From Candidatus Eutrophovita brisbanensis (lineage in GTDB: Bacteria; Pseudomonadota; Gammaproteobacteria; Burkholderiales; Eutrophovitaceae): a DNA stretch of 64,000 nt. The notes below the pieces were generated by a model. It had not been told where the DNA came from. It ran no database searches and saw nothing but the letters and a program-made list of their open reading frames with translations. The stretch is taken from positions 77,863 to 141,862 of the forward strand of contig JAYQTM010000001.1 in assembly GCA_038147395.1 (NCBI GenBank), read 5' to 3'. How positions within the stretch are numbered: the first letter of the stretch is position 1; the number at the start of each line of letters is the position of its first letter. This document shows, piece by piece, positions 1-9,964 of the stretch. A program made the position numbers and the translations under genes.

Positions 1-437
1 GCTGTCTCGTAGTCTTGATGGGTATACATAATGGCCGTCGCCGAGGGAGAAATCTGAGGGATACCCGAATCGTAATATATCTTTGATGCTGGAATCGTCG
101 TACCCGAATTTAGGTGGCCCACGACACCAACCACCTCAGAATCCACTAGTTTTTGAGCAACGACTGTTCCTTTTTGTGGGTTCGCCTCATCATCTTCGGA
201 AATTAACTCAAACCGAATACGCTCGCCGGCGATGACGACATTTGCTTGATTGGCCTCCTCGATTGCCAATAACGCACCTCGCTCATTATCTTTGCCGAGG
301 TGAGATATCGGTCCAGTCAACGGCCCAACGTGCCCAATGCGTACAATTCGCGCTCCGTCCTCGGTCTGTTCACTCTGACCACACCCAACCAACATCAATC
401 CAAAAAGCGCCATTGTGACTACGCGTTTAAGTAACAT
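1..437 (-). CDS. Branched-chain amino-acid-type ABC transporter substrate-binding lipoprotein (LivK / Leu-Ile-Val-binding family); only the N-terminal part lies in the window
   Basis: The reverse strand from the ATG at 437, with a GGGAGA SD just upstream, reads MLLKRVVTMALFGLMLVGCGQ (lipobox LVGC). It continues IGHVGPLTGPISHLGKDNERG...VVGVVGHLNSGTT, which is typical of the N-terminus of LivK-family binding proteins. The ORF runs off position 1. Confidence 0.75.
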   Translation of the reverse strand, partial: MLLKRVVTMALFGLMLVGCGQSEQTEDGARIVRIGHVGPLTGPISHLGKDNERGALLAIEEANQANVVIAGERIRFELISEDDEANPQKGTVVAQKLVDSEVVGVVGHLNSGTTIPASKIYYDSGIPQISPSATAIMYTHQDYET

Positions 438-553
438 CTTTTCTCCCGAGTTCGTTAATCAGCTACTCTCTATGAACGAGAAGCCTCAGCGATTCAATCT
501 TAGCAGCGCACCCTGGATTGTCAATTTGAGGTCAACGCACAGAAACAGCAGGT

Positions 554-583
554 ACAAAAAAAGCCGGCCCAAGCCGGCTTTTT
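554..583 (-). terminator. Rho-independent terminator downstream of the cytochrome c gene
   Basis: A perfect 8-bp stem, AAGCCGGC / GCCGGCTT, has a 4-nt loop. It is flanked by an A-run and a T-run. On the minus-strand RNA the hairpin is followed by UUUUUU. Confidence 0.8.
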
Positions 584-597
584 CGAAATGTCATGAG

Positions 598-933
598 TTA
601 CTTAAGAGACGCAATCCACTCTGCGAGGATCTTGGCTTCCTCAGCACTCACAGCGGTATTTGGTGGCATAGGGATTGGTCCCCACTGACCCATACTGCCT
701 TTAAGAATTGAATTAGCAACGCGAGCTACGTCAATCGCTTTACCCTTTGGGTCTTTACCAGCAGCAATAGCTTGCGCAATGCTTTTGTAAGCTGGGCCGA
801 CTAATTTTTTGTCAATGGCATGACAGCTCAGGCAGTTCTTAGCCTTCGCTAACTCAGCAGCGTCTTGCGCCTGCGCAAGCGTGACGAAACCGAGACCAAG
901 AGCAACGAAAAACGATAAAACAGCTTTCTTCAT
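598..933 (-). CDS. Periplasmic class I cytochrome c (c551/c552 type)
   Basis: Signal peptide MKKAVLSFFVALGLGFVTLAQA, haem motif CLSCH, then AIDKKLVGPAYKSIA and WGPIPMPPN, which closely resemble Pseudomonas cytochrome c551. The start was moved to the internal ATG at 933, which has an AGAAGGAA SD. Confidence 0.9.
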   Translation of the reverse strand: MKKAVLSFFVALGLGFVTLAQAQDAAELAKAKNCLSCHAIDKKLVGPAYKSIAQAIAAGKDPKGKAIDVARVANSILKGSMGQWGPIPMPPNTAVSAEEAKILAEWIASLK

Positions 934-1063
934 GTAATTTCCTTCTCTATCTGTATCACCTACTTTTGCGACCACATTCGCTATAAAACGTTCGGTCAAC
1001 ATTCGTGTTTGCAACAATGCACCTGCGAGGACGGATTATACAGTCAAACCTTACACACAACAT

Positions 1064-1966
1064 CTAAAACAGCTCTAAAAAAATACCCAGGAATATAACG
1101 CCGCCCACCCAGTTGTTGTGTAAAAACGCTCGAAAACACCCCTCGCGATCGCGGGCTTTAATCATTGGGTATTGAAACGCGATCAATATCGCCGCGCCGA
1201 ACAACCCCAAGTAATAGACCATCCCGTAACCGAGAAGTATCCCAACTCCCGCCAACATGAACAGAAATGCAGCATGAAACATAAAGACACCCGCAATGTC
1301 CCATGATCCGAATAAGATTGCCGAAGTTCTGATACCTATATTCATGTCATCGTCTCGGTCAACCATCGCGTATTCGGTATCGTAAGCGATAGCCCAAAAG
1401 ACGTTAGCGATTAACACAAGCGCTGTAATCCCGGTTATTTCGTTACGGGTCGCGGCCCAGGCCATCGGAATACCAAAGCCAAATGCAACACCTAAATAAG
1501 CTTGGGGAATTGACAGAAAACGCTTCGTGTACGGATAACTTATCGCGAGAAATAGCGCTAAGAACGACAAGGCTACAGTCAATGCGTTTAGCGTGAGAAC
1601 CAATGCAAATGACGCCAACGAGAGTATCAGCGCGACAAGAAGAGCCTCGCGAGTACTAATTTCTCCGGAGGCCAATGGCCGATCCTTTGTGCGTGATACA
1701 AAGGGGTCAAATTCTCGATCAGCAATATCGTTCGCTGCGCAACCTGCAGAACGCATGAGAAATGTACCCAACACAAATACGATTAAGACATGCAGGTCAA
1801 CGGCTCCATTGGAAGAAATCCAAAGCGCCCAAAGCGTGGGCCATAGAAGTAAGAGCGTTCCAATTGGTTTATCGAGCCGCACAAGTCTCGAATATGCGCC
1901 AAGCTTAGCAATTGTTATTTTCTTAATACCCAAATCAAACCTCTGTGTATTTTTCCTTTGAGCCAT
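1064..1966 (-). CDS. ubiA: 4-hydroxybenzoate polyprenyltransferase (UbiA)
   Basis: Polytopic membrane protein with RLDKPIGTLLLLWPTLWALW and the NDIADREFD aspartate-rich motif of UbiA. The start is uncertain. The ATG at 1966 overlaps the recG 3' end. A TTG at 1933 with a GAGG SD 6 nt upstream gives an E. coli-like spacing of about 20 aa to DKPIG. Confidence 0.9.
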   Translation of the reverse strand: MAQRKNTQRFDLGIKKITIAKLGAYSRLVRLDKPIGTLLLLWPTLWALWISSNGAVDLHVLIVFVLGTFLMRSAGCAANDIADREFDPFVSRTKDRPLASGEISTREALLVALILSLASFALVLTLNALTVALSFLALFLAISYPYTKRFLSIPQAYLGVAFGFGIPMAWAATRNEITGITALVLIANVFWAIAYDTEYAMVDRDDDMNIGIRTSAILFGSWDIAGVFMFHAAFLFMLAGVGILLGYGMVYYLGLFGAAILIAFQYPMIKARDREGCFRAFLHNNWVGGVIFLGIFLELF

Positions 1967-4010
1967 ACCAAAGATCAATATGACGCTCTGCCTGCTCCGG
2001 ATAACACTCTAGAAAAATCGGCGCAAATTTTTTTGCCATATTCAAAAGTGACACATCCCTCTCGATGTCGGCATAACGAAGCATTGGCACTCCAGATTGT
2101 CGCGCCCCGAGCACTTCACCTGGTCCGCGCAAACGTAAATCCTCCTGCGCCACTTTGAATCCATCAGCAGATTCATAAATAATTTTCAAACGCTCTTTTG
2201 CTAAGTCCGTCAATTTTGGGTCAAACAGCAATATACAAGAGCTCGAAGCTGTTCCCCTGCCAACACGGCCTCTGAGCTGGTGTAACTGAGACAAGCCCAT
2301 TCGCTCAGCATGCTCAATCACCATCACGGTCGCATTCGGCACATCAACGCCCACCTCAATCACAGTTGTTGCAACCAATAAATCAAGGTCCCCTTTTGAA
2401 AACGAATCCATCACCGTTGCTTTTTCAGCGCCCTTCAGTCGACCATGAACCAAACCAACCCGTAGGTCAGGAAACTGCTGACTCATCCTTTCAAACGTTT
2501 TCAGCGCCGTCTCTAGTTGCAACGACTCAGACTCGTCAATCAATGGGCAAACCCAGTAAGCTTGCTGACCACTCTGACATGACTCCCTGATCCTGGAGAA
2601 CACCTCATCACGCCTTGAGTTGCTGACAAGTTTCGTCGTGACCGGGGTTCGCCCCGGCGGCAACTCCTCAATCGAGGACACATCCAAATCACCGAAAAAA
2701 CTCATCGCTAACGAGCGTGGAATAGGAGTGGCACTCATCATCAACTGATGTGCTTGCATCAATCCCCCCTCACCTTTATCCAACAACGCCAACCGCTGTT
2801 TGACGCCAAATCGATGCTGCTCATCGATAATCACGAGCCCCAATTTCTTGAAGTGCACATGCTCTTGAAATAATGCGTGCGTGCCGATCACAAACTGAGC
2901 TAAACCCGCCTTGATGTCGCTCACTGCTTTCTCGCGCTCACTCTTGGATATTGAACCTGTTAGCCGCACCACGTCGATCCCAAGTCCTGTCATCCAACTC
3001 TCGATCTTCGAGAAATGTTGCTCGGATAGAATTTCTGTCGGGACCATTAAGGCAACTTGAAAACCAGCCTCAAGCGCTTGTAGCGCAGCGATACCGGCGA
3101 GCACCGTCTTACCACTCCCAACATCTCCTTGGAGCAAACGCCGCATTGGTGATCGCTTTTCTAAATCAACCTCTATTTCCCCCATTACTTTTTTTTGGGA
3201 TGGCGTTAAGTCGAACTCGAGGGATTCGAGAAATTTGGAGATGAGCACCTTGCTGCGCCCCATCGAAGGAGCAATATGCATTGATCTTTTCTCGTAATTT
3301 TTCCTCATCACTAGCTGTTGTGCGAGCAGTTCGTCAAAATGTACGCGCTCCAGTGTTTTACTCGTTGGGTCAGACAATTCGGCGATATCAATGTGTGCCG
3401 GCGGGAAATGCAAATTCCTGACTACGTCACTAAGCTGCAACAACCCCATATCCGATAAATGGTCTTCGGGGATGGTCTCTATTGTCCCGACAAGTCGAAC
3501 CGCTTGATCAACTGCTTTTCGAATGACCGGTTGAGTAAGTCCCTTGGTTGTCGAATAGATGGGGGTCAGTGTTGTTGGCAGTTGGTCGGTATCCGAACGA
3601 AGCTTAAATCTCGGATGAACCATCTCTCGTCGGCCTGAACGATTCCTTTTGATCTCACCGACCACTCTGAGGCGTGCGCCACTGGACAACATTCTTTGCT
3701 GATTCGGATAAAAATGGAAAAAACGCAACACCAGTTCCTCCGTCTCATCCTCGGCGAAAATCACGAGCTGCCTTCTTGGCTTAAATTCAACTTTTGCGTC
3801 AATCACATCGACATCGACTTGAATCAAAATTCGCTCTGGCGCGTCGCGAAGCCTCCATATTTTCGTTTCGTCCTCATACCGCAACGGAAAAAATAAAAGC
3901 AAGTCTTCCCAACGATGAATACCAAGCTGACGAAATTTCTCTCGATTCGCTGGTGTGCCGATTTCCTGATTTTTCGTCAGCTTAGATTGAGGTTTGATCT
4001 CGGGCGACAT
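1935..4010 (-). CDS. recG: ATP-dependent DNA helicase RecG
   Basis: 691 aa with an N-terminal wedge/OB region, Walker A GDVGSGKT, DEQH box (IIDEQHRFG) and QLHQLRGRVGRG helicase motif VI. Confidence 0.95.
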   Translation of the reverse strand: MSPEIKPQSKLTKNQEIGTPANREKFRQLGIHRWEDLLLFFPLRYEDETKIWRLRDAPERILIQVDVDVIDAKVEFKPRRQLVIFAEDETEELVLRFFHFYPNQQRMLSSGARLRVVGEIKRNRSGRREMVHPRFKLRSDTDQLPTTLTPIYSTTKGLTQPVIRKAVDQAVRLVGTIETIPEDHLSDMGLLQLSDVVRNLHFPPAHIDIAELSDPTSKTLERVHFDELLAQQLVMRKNYEKRSMHIAPSMGRSKVLISKFLESLEFDLTPSQKKVMGEIEVDLEKRSPMRRLLQGDVGSGKTVLAGIAALQALEAGFQVALMVPTEILSEQHFSKIESWMTGLGIDVVRLTGSISKSEREKAVSDIKAGLAQFVIGTHALFQEHVHFKKLGLVIIDEQHRFGVKQRLALLDKGEGGLMQAHQLMMSATPIPRSLAMSFFGDLDVSSIEELPPGRTPVTTKLVSNSRRDEVFSRIRESCQSGQQAYWVCPLIDESESLQLETALKTFERMSQQFPDLRVGLVHGRLKGAEKATVMDSFSKGDLDLLVATTVIEVGVDVPNATVMVIEHAERMGLSQLHQLRGRVGRGTASSSCILLFDPKLTDLAKERLKIIYESADGFKVAQEDLRLRGPGEVLGARQSGVPMLRYADIERDVSLLNMAKKFAPIFLECYPEQAERHIDLWYGSKEKYTEV

Positions 4011-4106
4011 CGTAACTCTTGAGTTTATCTCTCGGGCAATTCAATTGTAGGCTCTGGCAACTGACCCAAGTTTTACACAGTTAATCAGTAATCTGACTGC
4101 CATGGG

Positions 4107-4112
4107 TATAAT
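4107..4112 (+). promoter_or_regulatory. Candidate -10 hexamer (TATAAT) of a kup-proximal promoter
   Basis: A perfect TATAAT lies 110 nt upstream of the kup ATG in the recG/kup divergent region. No convincing -35 element is present. Confidence 0.3.
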
Positions 4113-4144
4113 ATGCTGCAACACAGCATGGTTATCGATGACAA

Positions 4145-4175
4145 CTTACTCCGTTGGGAGTGAGATTTTATTTTT
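4145..4175 (+). terminator. Intrinsic-terminator-like hairpin plus U-tract inside the kup 5' leader (possible attenuator or 3' end of a small RNA)
   Basis: CTTACTCC-gttg-GGAGTGAG forms 8 bp with one G-U pair and is followed by ATTTTATTTTT. No plus-strand gene lies upstream for it to terminate. Confidence 0.5.
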
Positions 4176-4222
4176 GGTAATAAAACTTTAAGATCCAGCT
4201 CCGCCAGCCTTTATTCTCTCGG

Positions 4223-6109
4223 ATGAATACTAACGTGCAAGGGACTCAAAAACAAAGTATCGCTGCCCTAACCATTGCAGCCATTGGCGTTGTCTTTGGG
4301 GATATCGGAACGAGTCCAATTTACACAGTCAGAGAAGTATTTAGCCCACGCTACGGGATCGAGCCATCAACGGATAACATCCTAGGTTGCCTTTCACTCA
4401 TATTCTGGGCATTAGCACTCATCGTTGCAGCGAAATACGTCTTCTTCATGCTCAAAGCGGACAATCGTGGCGAGGGTGGCATGATGGCACTGCTTGCCCT
4501 AGTTCTAAAGGCAACAGAAAAGAAACCTCGAAAACGGTTCTTGCTAATCACACTCGGATTATTTGGAGCAGCGCTGTTCTATGGCGATGGGATTATCACG
4601 CCAGCTATTTCCGTGCTGTCAGCCGTGGAAGGGCTTGGCGTAGCGACTCCGGCTCTAGAGCCCTACGTGATACCGATTACGATCGTGATCGTCATCTTAT
4701 TATTCATGTTGCAACAAAAAGGAACTGGCGGCGTTGGTGCGCTCTTTGGCCCTGTCACCGTCATATGGTTTGGTGTACTGGGTGTGCTTGGAATCACAAA
4801 TTTAATTTTGGATCCATCCGTGCTTCGGGCTATCAACCCAGCGTACGCTGTGGGTTTCTTCGTTGAGAATAAAATCTTCGGGTTCTTGGCTATTGGTGCG
4901 ATTGCGCTCGCGGTGACGGGTACAGAGGGTATCTACACTGACATGGGCCATTTCGGCCGCAAACCCATACGCTTCGCTTGGAGTCTGTGGGTATGGCCGA
5001 ATTTGCTACTAAATTATTTTGGCCAAGGTGCATTGATCATCTCATCACCCGAGACCATCTCTCACCCATTTTTCAATATGGTCCCATCATGGGGTCTCTA
5101 TCCACTCATTTGCATGACGACCGTGGCAACGGTCGTTGCGTCTCAAGCGGTCATCTCGGGCACCTACTCACTGACGCGTCAAGCAATCCAGCTAGGTTAC
5201 TGCCCCAGACTGGATGTGTTTCATACCTCGGAAAGTGAGATTGGTCAGATTTATATGCCCTGGATCAATTGGACTCTTCTAGCGGCAGTCCTTTTGCTCA
5301 TTCTCTCTTTTGGATCCTCCAGCAATCTAGCCAGCGCGTATGGTGTAGCCGTCACTGGAATGATGACTATCGATACCGTCATGGCGTATTTTGTTGTCAC
5401 CCACTTGTGGGGTTGGCGTCGGTGGTATGCCATACCGATCGCACTGATTTTCCTCGTCTTTGATCTCATTTTATTCTCGGCGAATTCAGTGAAAGTTATC
5501 CATGGTGGTTGGTTCCCTTTCACCATCGGGTTAGTGCTATTTATTTTTTTCACTACCTGGTATCGAGGCCGCCAAGCCTTAGCAAAAGAACTTGCTCCAG
5601 ATTCACTCGAAATCGGTCCGTTTTTAAAGAGCCTCGCGAGCTATCCTCCTCAGCGAGTGAGCGGCACTGCTGTATTCATGACGACGTCTCCAAACGCAGT
5701 GCCACATGCTCTGCTGCATAATCTCAACCACAATAAAGTGCTCCACGAGCGCGTCATACTACTAAACGTGTCAACCGAAGAAATACCTCACGTCGCCACG
5801 CAAGAACGACTCGAAGTAGAGGCGATCACAGAGGATTTCTACAAGGTCGTGGTGCGTTATGGGTTCAAGGACCAGCCCGATATACCTGCAGCGCTTCGCC
5901 TAGGGCGCGAGAAAGGGATTGATCTGAATCCTATGGAGACCTCGTATTTTCTATCTCGACAAACACTTGTACCAAAACTAGGAAAAGACATGGCGTTATG
6001 GCGAGAAAAATTATTCGCCCTCATGTCGCGGAACTCCTCAAGTGCCGTCAGCTTTTTTAATCTCCCTGCGAATAGAGTCGTCGAATTAGGTACCCGAATC
6101 GAGCTGTAA
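4223..6109 (+). CDS. kup: Potassium uptake transporter Kup (KUP/HAK/KT family)
   Basis: 628 aa, about 12 TM segments and a cytoplasmic C-terminal domain. The N-terminal signature GVVFGDIGTSPIY and NRGEGG motif are present. Confidence 0.95.
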   Translation: MNTNVQGTQKQSIAALTIAAIGVVFGDIGTSPIYTVREVFSPRYGIEPSTDNILGCLSLIFWALALIVAAKYVFFMLKADNRGEGGMMALLALVLKATEKKPRKRFLLITLGLFGAALFYGDGIITPAISVLSAVEGLGVATPALEPYVIPITIVIVILLFMLQQKGTGGVGALFGPVTVIWFGVLGVLGITNLILDPSVLRAINPAYAVGFFVENKIFGFLAIGAIALAVTGTEGIYTDMGHFGRKPIRFAWSLWVWPNLLLNYFGQGALIISSPETISHPFFNMVPSWGLYPLICMTTVATVVASQAVISGTYSLTRQAIQLGYCPRLDVFHTSESEIGQIYMPWINWTLLAAVLLLILSFGSSSNLASAYGVAVTGMMTIDTVMAYFVVTHLWGWRRWYAIPIALIFLVFDLILFSANSVKVIHGGWFPFTIGLVLFIFFTTWYRGRQALAKELAPDSLEIGPFLKSLASYPPQRVSGTAVFMTTSPNAVPHALLHNLNHNKVLHERVILLNVSTEEIPHVATQERLEVEAITEDFYKVVVRYGFKDQPDIPAALRLGREKGIDLNPMETSYFLSRQTLVPKLGKDMALWREKLFALMSRNSSSAVSFFNLPANRVVELGTRIEL

Positions 6110-6297
6110 GCGGGCTAGGGCGGGGAATCGCTTTCTCCACGCTCGTTGAGGTAGACTAAGTCACTTATTCTTTATATATTTGTTGCGTGCTAAAGGGTGT
6201 TTTGCCGAGCGGCTCACAGTCTGTGTCAATCGCGCGAAGCACTCAGCAAAATTAGAGCCTTCCATCAAAGGCCGCTCAACCAGAGGAATCATTAATA

Positions 6298-7149
6298 ATG
6301 GACTACGTCGCCCCTAATTCGGCTCAAGAAGTCAGCCAAGCCCTATCAAAAGAAGGAGCTTTCGCGCTCGCAGGTGGAACAGACTTACTTGTCAAACTAA
6401 AAACGCGGATGAGTGTTCCGCAAACCGTGGTTGATATCAAGAACGTTCCTCGCATCCGATCAATTGAAAAAACGGGTGACAGTTGGTGGATTGGCGCAGC
6501 CACACCCTGTGCCGAAATCTCAGAGCACGCGGATTTTGCAAAAGATTGGCCTGGCGTTGTAGAGGCGCTATCGCTCATCGGCTCAACTCAAATTCAAGGA
6601 CGTGCCTCACTTGGCGGAAATCTATGTAACGCGTCACCTGCAGCTGATAGCGTGCCAGCGCTTATCGCAGCGCGTACAACCTGTGTCATTTCCGGTGAAA
6701 GCGGTGAGCGGGAAGTGCCAGTCGAATCGATCGTTCAGTCCCCAGGTAAAACTTCTTTGAAACAAGGCGAATTTATTGTTGGTTTCAGATTGCCCTTAAG
6801 CGCGAACAAATCTGGAGACGCATACTTAAGACTGATACCGAGAACAGAGATGGATATTGCTGTCGTCGGCGCAGGAGTCGCACTGTCTCTGGATACATCT
6901 GGGAAAATAGCTGCCATTCGAATCGCCCTTGGTGCTGTCGCACCAACCCAAGTAGTTTTGTCTGGCCTAGAAGACCTGTGTGTCGGAAAAGAGCCGAACA
7001 ACGACTTGATTGAAAAGCTTGTCGCTATCGCCGAAGATGCCTGTAAACCAATCGATGACAAGAGAGGCACGGTTGAATATCGCAAAACAATTGCCGGAGT
7101 TCTAACAAAACGAGCATTTTCAATCGCATTGGATAGAGCTAAAAATTAA
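6298..7149 (+). CDS. Molybdenum hydroxylase FAD-binding (medium, CoxM/XdhB-like) subunit
   Basis: 283 aa with the AGGTDLLVKLK FAD-binding motif and a C-terminal CO-dehydrogenase-flavoprotein-like region (DDKRGTVEYR). It is the first of an M-S-L gene trio. Confidence 0.85.
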   Translation: MDYVAPNSAQEVSQALSKEGAFALAGGTDLLVKLKTRMSVPQTVVDIKNVPRIRSIEKTGDSWWIGAATPCAEISEHADFAKDWPGVVEALSLIGSTQIQGRASLGGNLCNASPAADSVPALIAARTTCVISGESGEREVPVESIVQSPGKTSLKQGEFIVGFRLPLSANKSGDAYLRLIPRTEMDIAVVGAGVALSLDTSGKIAAIRIALGAVAPTQVVLSGLEDLCVGKEPNNDLIEKLVAIAEDACKPIDDKRGTVEYRKTIAGVLTKRAFSIALDRAKN

Positions 7150-7178
7150 TAAACAATCCATCAAAACAGGATATAAAA

Positions 7179-7658
7179 ATGGCGAAAAAACATGTCTCAA
7201 CAACGATTAATGGTGACGAGCACGAATTTCTTTGTCACCCACAACAAACGTTACTCGACGTGTTGCGAGACGAACTCGATCTAACAGGAAGCAAAGAGGG
7301 CTGCGCCACTGGAGATTGTGGTGCCTGTAGCGTGTTGTTGGATGGACGGCTTGTGTGCTCATGCTTAGTGCTTGGTGTTGAGGCCCAGGATAAAAACGTT
7401 GAGACAATCGAAGGAATGTCGAGTGGATCAGATTTACACCCACTTCAGAAGAAATTCATCGACCTGGCGGCGTTGCAATGTGGCATATGCACTCCTGGTG
7501 TTCTTGTGGCGGCAAAAGCGTTACTCGCTAGAAATGCAAACCCCTCGGAGGAAGAGGTAAGATTTTGGCTTGCTGGAAATTTATGCCGCTGCACGGGGTA
7601 CGACAAAATTGTTAGGGCTGTAATGGAAGTTGCTGCCGAAGCCCGAAATACACAGTAA
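7179..7658 (+). CDS. Molybdenum hydroxylase [2Fe-2S] (small, CoxS-like) subunit
   Basis: 159 aa with two cysteine clusters, CATGDCGACSV and QCGICTPG...CRCTGY. Confidence 0.9.
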   Translation: MAKKHVSTTINGDEHEFLCHPQQTLLDVLRDELDLTGSKEGCATGDCGACSVLLDGRLVCSCLVLGVEAQDKNVETIEGMSSGSDLHPLQKKFIDLAALQCGICTPGVLVAAKALLARNANPSEEEVRFWLAGNLCRCTGYDKIVRAVMEVAAEARNTQ

Positions 7659-7676
7659 AGAAACGGGGAAATTGCT

Positions 7677-9950
7677 ATGAATGATATGACCCAAACTCAT
7701 CTTGAGCGCGAACTAAAAATCGTGGGCACACGGCCTGAGCGGCCCGATGGTGTCGATAAAGTGACAGGGCGGGCGCTGTTTGGCGCGGATAAATCTCTAC
7801 CCAACATGCTCGTTGGTCGCGTTCTTCGAAGCCCACACGCGCACGCAAAAATCATATCAATTGATACATCAAAAGCTGAAGCCTTAAAAGGCGTCAAGGC
7901 CGTTGTAACTCGTGAAGACTTTGAAGATTTACCGTCAGAGTTTGTGCCAAATGGCGAGATGGTTGTGAATTTTAAAGACATCACGCGAAACATCATGGCG
8001 CGTGAAAAAGTCTTGTATATCGGCCACACCGTGGCTGCGGTTGCTGCTCTCGACGCGGAAATCGCAGAAAAAGCTCTGCAGCTCATCGATGTGCAATATG
8101 AAATCTTGCCCCATGTATTGGAGATATCCGAAGCGGAAAAACCCGATGCTCCATTACTTCATGAAGACATGTTCACCATCGGTGTCGATCCCACGCCAAA
8201 GAACGCATCAAACATTGCCAAACGGGTGGAATTTGGTTTCGGCGATGTGGAAGCAGGTTTTAAAGAAGCGGATCTCGTGATTGAACGTGAATTCAATACC
8301 AAGCCAGTCCACCAGGGGTATATCGAACCACACGCGTGCTTGGCTAGTGTGTCAGAAGATGGTCAAGCAGAGCTATGGTGCTCCACTCAGGGCCCCTTCG
8401 TCGTGAGAAACTTCTGTACAAAATTACTTGGGATGAATCGCTCGCAACTTCGTGTCACGGCCTCTGAGATTGGCGGTGGATTTGGCGGAAAAACAGTTGT
8501 GTACCTTGAGCCACTCGCACTCGCTCTATCAAAGAAGTCATGTCGACCGGTCAAAATGGTCATGAGCCGTGCCGAAGTGTTGACCTCAAGCGGCCCTACC
8601 TCGGGAGCTAACGTCTGGGTGAAAATTGGCGTTAAAAATACGGGTGAAATTACTGCCGGTGAATGTGTACTGAAGTACCAAGCGGGTGCCTTTCAAGGCG
8701 CACCTGTTGGTCCAGGAGCAATGTGTGCATTTGCGCCATATGATCTAAAAAACGTTCGAGCAGTTGGGTTCGATATTGTCGTGAATCAACCGAAGGTGGC
8801 GGCATATCGTGCTCCTGGGGGACCAATATCTGAGTATGGCGTTGAGAGTGTGCTTGATGAAATTGCATTGCAGCTCAATATGGACCCCATCGATCTACGC
8901 CTAAAAAATGCAGCGAAAGAGGGCACCACTGCACCCTACGGCCCAAAACTTGGCCCAATCGGAATGGTTGAAACGTTAGAAGCCGCGAAAGCTCACCCAC
9001 ACTATTCCGCTCCATTGGGTCCCAATCAAGCACGAGGAATTGCCTCGGGGTTTTGGTTCAACATCGGTGGTGAAACAAGCTCATCCATTACGATTAACGA
9101 GGACGGAACAGTAGGACTTACTTTAGGGACACCAGACATCGGTGGGTCTCGGGCGTCGATGGCGATGATGGCTTCGGAAGAGCTTGGAATACCTATGAAC
9201 GTGATCAAACCGATCATTGGGGACACCAACTCTTTGGGATTTAATTTTGTCACGGGTGGCAGCCGAGCTACTTTTTCAACTGGCAAGACGGTTGTTCAAT
9301 CAACTCGCGCGGCAATCGATGAACTCAAAAAGCGAGCAGCGCTCCTCTGGGATGTGGATATTGAACAAGTCGAATGGGCGGACGGACACGCGCGGCTTGT
9401 TGGCGCAGATGAACCGAAATCTTTGAGTCTTGCACAACTTGCGAAAGAAGCTGGAAAAACTGGTGGTCCGATTGTCGCAAATGCATCGATCAACGCAACT
9501 GGTGCAGGACCGAGTCTCGCAACTCATATCGTTGACGTTGAAGTGGACAAAGAAACAGGGAAGGTCTCGGTTGTTCGTTACACCGCGATTCAAGATGCAG
9601 GTAAAGCAATTCACCCGAGCTACGTTGAAGGACAAATGCAAGGGGGGGCTGTGCAAGGCATTGGTTGGGCGCTGAATGAGGAATACATTTTTAACGAGGC
9701 CGGTGAAATGCAGAATACGGGTTTTCTTGATTACCGAGTACCCGTTTGCTCTGATGTTCCTATGATCGACACAGTCATTATCGAGGTCCCGAACCCGAAC
9801 CACCCATATGGCGTCAGAGGTGTTGGAGAAACTCCGATCATTCCACCACTTGCGGCGATTTCAAATGCAGTGTCTCGGGCAACGAATCTTCGATTTAATG
9901 AATTGCCTTTGTCACCACCTAAGGTATTGTCACGAATAGCCAAGGGATAA
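7677..9950 (+). CDS. Molybdopterin-binding large subunit of a xanthine dehydrogenase / aldehyde oxidase-family enzyme; substrate unknown
   Basis: 757 aa with an N-terminal a/b-hammerhead-like region, an AYRAPGGP motif and a C-terminal RGVGETP containing the catalytic Glu. It lacks the VAYRCSFR loop of aerobic CO dehydrogenase. Confidence 0.85.
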   Translation: MNDMTQTHLERELKIVGTRPERPDGVDKVTGRALFGADKSLPNMLVGRVLRSPHAHAKIISIDTSKAEALKGVKAVVTREDFEDLPSEFVPNGEMVVNFKDITRNIMAREKVLYIGHTVAAVAALDAEIAEKALQLIDVQYEILPHVLEISEAEKPDAPLLHEDMFTIGVDPTPKNASNIAKRVEFGFGDVEAGFKEADLVIEREFNTKPVHQGYIEPHACLASVSEDGQAELWCSTQGPFVVRNFCTKLLGMNRSQLRVTASEIGGGFGGKTVVYLEPLALALSKKSCRPVKMVMSRAEVLTSSGPTSGANVWVKIGVKNTGEITAGECVLKYQAGAFQGAPVGPGAMCAFAPYDLKNVRAVGFDIVVNQPKVAAYRAPGGPISEYGVESVLDEIALQLNMDPIDLRLKNAAKEGTTAPYGPKLGPIGMVETLEAAKAHPHYSAPLGPNQARGIASGFWFNIGGETSSSITINEDGTVGLTLGTPDIGGSRASMAMMASEELGIPMNVIKPIIGDTNSLGFNFVTGGSRATFSTGKTVVQSTRAAIDELKKRAALLWDVDIEQVEWADGHARLVGADEPKSLSLAQLAKEAGKTGGPIVANASINATGAGPSLATHIVDVEVDKETGKVSVVRYTAIQDAGKAIHPSYVEGQMQGGAVQGIGWALNEEYIFNEAGEMQNTGFLDYRVPVCSDVPMIDTVIIEVPNPNHPYGVRGVGETPIIPPLAAISNAVSRATNLRFNELPLSPPKVLSRIAKG

Positions 9951-9964
9951 TTTGCTCTAATCAC

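Noticed and set aside
7677-9950. The three-subunit CoxM/S/L-like enzyme could be an aerobic carbon monoxide dehydrogenase.
   Set aside because: The large subunit has AYRAPGGP where form I CODH has the VAYRCSFR active-site loop. No coxDEFG accessory genes are present. It is better called a generic xanthine-oxidase-family hydroxylase of unknown substrate.
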